From: Nitrospirota bacterium
GTDB taxonomy: Bacteria; Nitrospirota; UBA9217
Assembly (NCBI GenBank): GCA_963790205.1
Contig: CAWBNQ010000014.1
Location: 224,001-288,000 of the forward strand
DNA length: 64,000 bases
Direction of reading: 5' to 3'
Shown: piece after piece, positions 59,901 through 64,000 of the stretch
Numbering within the stretch: position 1 is the stretch's first letter
Layout of the letters: each line of letters starts with the position of its first letter
Made by a program: the position numbers and the translations under genes
The notes under the pieces: model-generated
What the model saw: only the letters and a program-made list of their open reading frames with translations
What the model was told of the DNA's origin: nothing
The model's database searches: none

Positions 59901-60736
59901 GTCAAGAGCGGGCCCGAATCGCCATTTGCAATGACCAAGGCATCGCCGGCATTGACCTGCCATGCATGGTGCGCGCCTTGAAGCAGGTGGGGTGGAGAGG
60001 TGCTGGAAACACCCTCGGGGATCTCCTCGGAGGTCACCGGCATGCGCCAGGTGAGTGTGCCGTTTGGGATATGACTGGTCAGCCGATGGTCAACGGTCTT
60101 CGTGAAATGAAGGTTGTCGTAGAAGTTCGAGAGGCTGGGATTTGCCATGCTCAGTCCCATTTTATCGGCCAGGGCAAAATCACCGCGCGTCGTGCCGTCC
60201 GGGTTGCGTGTAAAGGCGGTCGATCCGACGAACAGGAATCCTCCTGCGCTGACATACGCGAGCAGCGGGTCGATCTCATTATCATTGATCGCTTCAGAGT
60301 CCAGGCTGAACACGATCGGATACCGGGGCGAACCGTCCGCATTCAAGAGAACGCCGGACGCAATCTGCGCGTCAGTAACCTCGACAAAGGGAGTACCGTC
60401 CGCGCGAAGTGCTTCCTCCAGGGATTCGTATGCGACAAAATAGTGCCATGAAGTATACCACCACTGATAGCCGCTCGTTCCGGCTCCTGTGGGTGTAGGC
60501 GCGACAGCCGGCATTGTTTCGAGTGCCTGGGTATATTCAGAGACGTGGATGGCGACCAACGGCTCAGGAGGCGTTGAAACCTGCTGCGCTATCGCCTGGC
60601 TGGGAACAACTGAAGTCCCAACGAGAAGCAGGGACATCATTGCCAGGGCAATGTGAAAAACAACCGTATGACGCTCTAATGTTTTTTTCGTAGTCCGATC
60701 CTCCCTTCCTCTAGAAGGCTGTTGAGAAGTCTTCAT
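56966..60736 (-). CDS. Large secreted protein: deacetylase-like barrel region + five ~95-aa repeats + C-terminal dockerin-like domain
   Basis: Signal peptide; WPY...AFIVRHDFE, IGSHNGG; repeats as in 51902..55021; DGDLNDDNKVDMTDAL..LR...GDVAP....DGKIDLSDVVAILR. Confidence 0.78.
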   Translation of the reverse strand: MKTSQQPSRGREDRTTKKTLERHTVVFHIALAMMSLLLVGTSVVPSQAIAQQVSTPPEPLVAIHVSEYTQALETMPAVAPTPTGAGTSGYQWWYTSWHYFVAYESLEEALRADGTPFVEVTDAQIASGVLLNADGSPRYPIVFSLDSEAINDNEIDPLLAYVSAGGFLFVGSTAFTRNPDGTTRGDFALADKMGLSMANPSLSNFYDNLHFTKTVDHRLTSHIPNGTLTWRMPVTSEEIPEGVSSTSPPHLLQGAHHAWQVNAGDALVIANGDSGPLLTVKNYGQGQFIYYGAFQPLIGHGDYDPGMYAYLILRKAIEWAFESDRLPIVKVSPWPYQYDAAFIVRHDFENDQSAIRSIESSAQFEHALGVKGDYFFCTGALREDMVGDPVAIAGLRSAVSNYGATIGSHNGGYKNPVNTSLSPTDFDYWHWGPDEALDTVQPGYPLASSPPGYSSGKSYAYESIKISFQDIEGWLAGLDNGRPGCGSGGTCPRLWAAPYFNSTRDDSDDILDQLGAAVAGEQKIGPFPHKTLSYKTPGKYYAPLTLPVSDWYAGTSIPTALEDLTVVSMQNAVDFYYGIGALINLYGHVPSSNTGSVEQEYVTYAASKPGLWKSNSIGIYDWSTARSNIAITPAYGMTGNIAAIGATITGSTDADSSVEIVMPNWSNWVQGNVRVLRDGAVADPGDYRLTDYGVKVRVGTSISSVEVRYNPVPLSSLSISPASVLGGSISEGTVTLTGAAPSGGVAVSLSSDTPSTVSVPTTVTVPAGSTSAAFTITTYPVAGSTSVTITADDGVNQNTAMLTVSPPALNSFSTSPTSVLGGSISEGTVTLTGAAPSGGVAVSLSSDTPSTVSVPTAVTVPAGSTSAAFTITTYPVAGSTSVIITVDHNGVTKTATLTVNPPVLSTLSVSPASVVGGINSQGTVTLNGAAPIGGVAISLSSDTPSVASVPTTVTVPAGSASAAFTITTYPVAGSTSVIITADHSGVTKTATLTVYPPVLSTLSVSPASVLGGIISHGTVTLSGQAPSGGVVVSLSSGTPSAASVPATITVQAGSASATFTVTTHPVAGSTPVTITADYGGITKTTTLTVTPSAVSSLSVSQNSVLSNDTSQGTVTLTGAAPSGGVAVSLSSNTPSAAGVPSTVTVPAGSISATFTITTYPVAGSTPVTISANYGSIMTATITVIPADGDLNDDNKVDMTDALKSLRIAAGLDPLTQPDLAHGDVAPLAGGQRHPDGKIDLSDVVAILRKAAGLPSW
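57190..58600 (-). repeat. Five tandem ~285-nt coding repeats
   Basis: Equivalent positions at 57801 and 58086; adjacent units are near-identical at DNA level. Confidence 0.85.
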
Positions 60737-60740
60737 AGCC

Positions 60741-60853
60741 GTCGTTGCGAGCGGAGCGATCTCGCCGTTCATAACGATTTGAAAAATCGAGATTGCCGCC
60801 CCTGCTTCAAGCATGCAGGGGCAGGCTCAACAAAAAACGCACCTCGCAATGAC
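60741..60853. repeat. REP/RPE-like palindromic element with nested hairpin
   Basis: gtcgttgcgag...gcgatctcg ... cgagattgc...ctcgcaatgac, with internal gcccctgc/gcaggggc. Confidence 0.65.
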
Positions 60854-60962
60854 ACACAATGAGTGCGTTTGCATTGGTAATTTTTTCGAAACTGCTTCCG
60901 GTCCCCGAGGGACTCTGCAGCCTCATAGCCGTGGCCCGAAATTCGCTTTTGTGAGAGCCGGA

Positions 60963-63900
60963 TCATCTTATCGTGAAGGTACGAGCATTGGAGGCGCCGC
61001 CCCCCGGTGCGGGATTGAACACCGTCACCTGGGCCGTCCCCGGCGCCGCAATGTCCGAAGCCGGTATTGCCGCGGTCAACCGGGTCGAAGATACATAGGT
61101 CGTCGTGCGGTTCGATCCATTCCAGCGTACTACTGAGCTGCTCACAAAATTGCTGCCAGTGACCGTGAGGGTAAAACCGGTTCTACTGGCTCGCCGTGAT
61201 GAAGGACTGAGGCTCGTTATCGAAGGCACGGGATTATTGACCGTGAAGGTCTGGGCATTGGAAGTTCCGCCGCCCGGGGCCGGGGTAAACACCGTCACCG
61301 TGGCCGTTCCCGCCAGCGCAATGTCCGAAGCCGGTATCGACGCCGTCAACTGGGTCGAGGATACATAGGTCGTCGTGCGGTTCGATCCATTCCAGCGCAC
61401 CGCTGAGTTGGACACAAAGCCGGTGCCATTAACGATCAGCGTGAAGGCCGTTCCTCCGGCTGTCCGGGATGTTGGGCTGAGGCTCGTTATTGCAGGCACG
61501 GGATTATTGATCGCATTGATCGTGAAGGTTTGGGCATTGGAAGTTCCGCCTCCCGGCGCGGGATTGAACACCGTCACGGAAGCCGTTCCCGCCAGCGCAA
61601 TGTCCGAAGCCGGTATCGCCGCCGTCAGCCGGGTCGCAGACACATACGTCGTCGTACGGCTTGCTCCATTCCATTGCACTATTGAACCGGCGACGAAGCC
61701 GCTGCCATTGACGGTCAGCGTGAACGCCGTTCCTCCGGCTGTCCGTGATGCTGGGCTCAGGCTCGTTATCGCGGGCACGGGATTATCGGTCGTAGTGATC
61801 GTGAAGGTTTGGGCGTTGGAAGTGCCGCCGCCCGGCGCGGGATTGAACACCGTCACGGAAGCCGTGCCTGCCGCTGCTATGTCAGCAGCCGATATCGCCG
61901 CCGTCAACTGGGTCGAGGATACATAGGTCGTCGTGCGGTTCGCCCCATTCCAGCGCACCGCCGAGCTGGTTACGAAGCCGCTGCCATTCACGGTCAGTGT
62001 GAACGCCGTTCCTCCGGCTGTCCGTGATGCTGGGCTGAGGCTCGTTATTGCAGGCACGGGATTATTGATCGCATTGATCGTGAAGGTTTGGGCATTGGAA
62101 GTTCCGCCGCCTGGGGCCGGGGTAAACACCGTCACTGAGGCCGTGCCTGCCGCTGCTATGTCAGCAGCCGATATCGCCGCCGTCAACTGGGTCGAGGATA
62201 CATAGGTCGTCGTGCGGTTCGATCCATTCCATTGCACCGCCGAGTTGGACACGAAGCCGGTGCCGTTGACGGTGAGCGTGAAACCTGAACCTCCGGCTGC
62301 AGCGGACGCCGGCGACAGACTGTTGATGACCGGTATGGGTGCCCCTGACGTACCGGAAAGGTAGGGTATCCTGATCTCGGTGAGAACAGGCGAGCTTGAT
62401 GGATCGCTGGTGGTCAACCCCAGCTGGTACTGGATCCAGCGTCTGTTCGCGCTCATGAGGCCCGAGCCGCTCGTACTATAGCAGTCCGACCAGGAGGCAG
62501 TGGCAAGTTGATCGGACGAGTCGGCGGTCCGGGTTTGGACGCAAACGTTCGTGCCGCCCCCTGCGGTCGCGTCCCAGGACACGGCCTGCCACTGCGCGCC
62601 ATCCCCGCCATCATAGGCCGAAGATAATAATACGCCGCTGCTGCCGTATGCCGGCAGAGTGGCCACTACTATGTCATCGACTGTTATTGTGTACGGTGGA
62701 TCCCATGTCCACCAATCCACGCTTATACCGCCGCTCAAATAGGGCGGCCGGGAGTCATAATTATTATCCGTCACGTCGATCTTCAGGACCCCGTCGTAAT
62801 ACACGAGGATACGATTCCCCATGAAGGTCATCTGGAGCGTGTGCCAGCCCGTGCCCACATCGGGCAGGCTGACCTGCTGCATCGGTACGCCATCATACGG
62901 ACCGCCATTGATGTCCGTCCAACCCCGGAACTTCCACAATTGCAGCAGATTCGACCCGCCCGGCGATCCTGCCGGGTAGACCCATGCGCCGTAGTGGGCG
63001 CCGGTAGCCGGGTCTACACGACCGCCGATGCCGCCCCCGAACGACCCGGCCGGCATCTGGATGCGCCCTTGCACCCTATAGTCGGCCCATTGGGGCGTGG
63101 TGGAAATATAGGCATAGGAATACTCGTCCGGGGTGCCCGACCCATGCATCACCCCTCCTGTTACCGTCCATGTCCCCATTGGCACGAGCCATGGTAATGG
63201 CGGGTCCGGCGGTCGGGTAAAGTCATCCGAAAACAATACGGAACTTGTGGTGGCAAGACCGATCTGGCCACTGATACTGTTATCAATGCCGCTGGCCGAA
63301 TTATAACGCGTTGAATCCGCCCAAATGGACTGCCCTCCGCCGCCGACCCAGTTGGTCTGGGTCCAGATCACAGCCTGAGGGCTATTGATCAAGAATGTTT
63401 GCGCGTTCGAGGTCCCCCCGCTCGGTGCGGGATTGAACACCGTCACCTGGGCCGTCCCCGCCGCCGCGATGTCCGCAGCCGGAATCGCCGCGGTCAACTG
63501 GGCCGCAGAAACAAACGTCGTCGTGCGGTTCATCCCATTCCATTGCACTACCGAGCTGGACACAAAGCCGCTGCCATTCACCGTTAGCGTGAAGGCCGCC
63601 CCTCCAGCCGTACCGGATGACGGACTCAGGCTCGCCGTCGCGGGTACGGGATTGCCGATCGTATACTGCACCTGCACGCTGGATGTTGTTGCGCCAACAC
63701 GGACTTTTATCGTGTTCCCGATGGTACGGTAGTCAGCGGGGTCAGCCGGCGCACCATTAATGAAGACCTGGGAATTGTTGACAACCTGATCGCTCCCGTT
63801 GGGAAAGGCCATTTCAACGGCAGTACCGGGGTCGGTGGCCCCGGTGATCGTGGCCTGTGAGATGACCGTATTGCCTGTTACGCTATACGAAGGCGTGACA

Positions 63901-64000
63901 ACGGCATTGGACCGCACTTGCCACCAGTCGGATATTCCCACTGCATTGGTTGCCCACATTCGGGGTTTAGCAACACCATACTTCACATACTGCCCTATCA
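60963..64000 (-). CDS. Large secreted protein, 3' part (starts beyond window): ConA-like domain and six IPT/TIG-like repeats
   Basis: Frame is open to the window end. Repeats NPVP.I.SLSP....[12 protein letters not shown]...S.V.WNG..R.TT.VS...LTA.I. Shares segments with the two downstream large proteins. Confidence 0.85.
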   Translation of the reverse strand, partial: IGQYVKYGVAKPRMWATNAVGISDWWQVRSNAVVTPSYSVTGNTVISQATITGATDPGTAVEMAFPNGSDQVVNNSQVFINGAPADPADYRTIGNTIKVRVGATTSSVQVQYTIGNPVPATASLSPSSGTAGGAAFTLTVNGSGFVSSSVVQWNGMNRTTTFVSAAQLTAAIPAADIAAAGTAQVTVFNPAPSGGTSNAQTFLINSPQAVIWTQTNWVGGGGQSIWADSTRYNSASGIDNSISGQIGLATTSSVLFSDDFTRPPDPPLPWLVPMGTWTVTGGVMHGSGTPDEYSYAYISTTPQWADYRVQGRIQMPAGSFGGGIGGRVDPATGAHYGAWVYPAGSPGGSNLLQLWKFRGWTDINGGPYDGVPMQQVSLPDVGTGWHTLQMTFMGNRILVYYDGVLKIDVTDNNYDSRPPYLSGGISVDWWTWDPPYTITVDDIVVATLPAYGSSGVLLSSAYDGGDGAQWQAVSWDATAGGGTNVCVQTRTADSSDQLATASWSDCYSTSGSGLMSANRRWIQYQLGLTTSDPSSSPVLTEIRIPYLSGTSGAPIPVINSLSPASAAAGGSGFTLTVNGTGFVSNSAVQWNGSNRTTTYVSSTQLTAAISAADIAAAGTASVTVFTPAPGGGTSNAQTFTINAINNPVPAITSLSPASRTAGGTAFTLTVNGSGFVTSSAVRWNGANRTTTYVSSTQLTAAISAADIAAAGTASVTVFNPAPGGGTSNAQTFTITTTDNPVPAITSLSPASRTAGGTAFTLTVNGSGFVAGSIVQWNGASRTTTYVSATRLTAAIPASDIALAGTASVTVFNPAPGGGTSNAQTFTINAINNPVPAITSLSPTSRTAGGTAFTLIVNGTGFVSNSAVRWNGSNRTTTYVSSTQLTASIPASDIALAGTATVTVFTPAPGGGTSNAQTFTVNNPVPSITSLSPSSRRASRTGFTLTVTGSNFVSSSVVRWNGSNRTTTYVSSTRLTAAIPASDIAAPGTAQVTVFNPAPGGGASNARTFTIR
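60970..62340 (-). repeat. Five tandem 270-279-nt IPT/TIG-like coding repeats
   Basis: Equivalent positions at 61105, 61375 and 61933; high DNA identity between units. Confidence 0.85.

Noticed and set aside
51905..63740. Periodic repeats and repetitive plus-strand ORFs as a possible CRISPR array or separate genes
   Set aside because: Periods of 270-285 nt are multiples of three and encode protein domains on the minus strand; there is no repeat-spacer structure and no cas genes.

Overview
Bacterial chromosomal window, mostly GC-rich with a visibly AT-richer segment in the middle. Gene content suggests a Nitrospirota- or Desulfobacterota-like organism (inference only). 1-4.1 kb: housekeeping block on the minus strand (dksA-like, tRNA-CAU, frameshifted tilS, hpt, 5' part of ftsH). 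4-14 kb: transport and metabolism genes, including a catalytically dead M1-peptidase/ChaN/PDZ fusion, a truncated GGDEF gene, DUF47-PiT, PHP, a CDF transporter, a receiver-domain/LpxC fusion and YihY. 14-24 kb: signalling (FHA-PP2C-Ser/Thr kinase operon, two pseudo-receiver-PilZ paralogs, a Crp regulator, prsK/prsR). 24-64 kb: a large exopolysaccharide/surface locus with many glycosyltransferases, an O-antigen-ligase-like gene, pseudogenes, a split asnB with an IS3 scar, and large secreted repeat proteins with cohesin/dockerin modules. The most notable pattern is a candidate local regulon. Two perfect TGTGA-N6-TCACA sites sit at identical class-II spacing from -10 boxes. One drives an Fn3 lipoprotein through a c-di-GMP-I-like leader with a terminator; the other drives two secreted lectin/lyase-like proteins. 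Those two proteins end in an isolated Fn3 A-strand-like motif that the lipoprotein's Fn3 domain appears to lack, which suggests anchoring by donor-strand complementation (hypothesis). All family assignments come from motif recognition; no searches were run.
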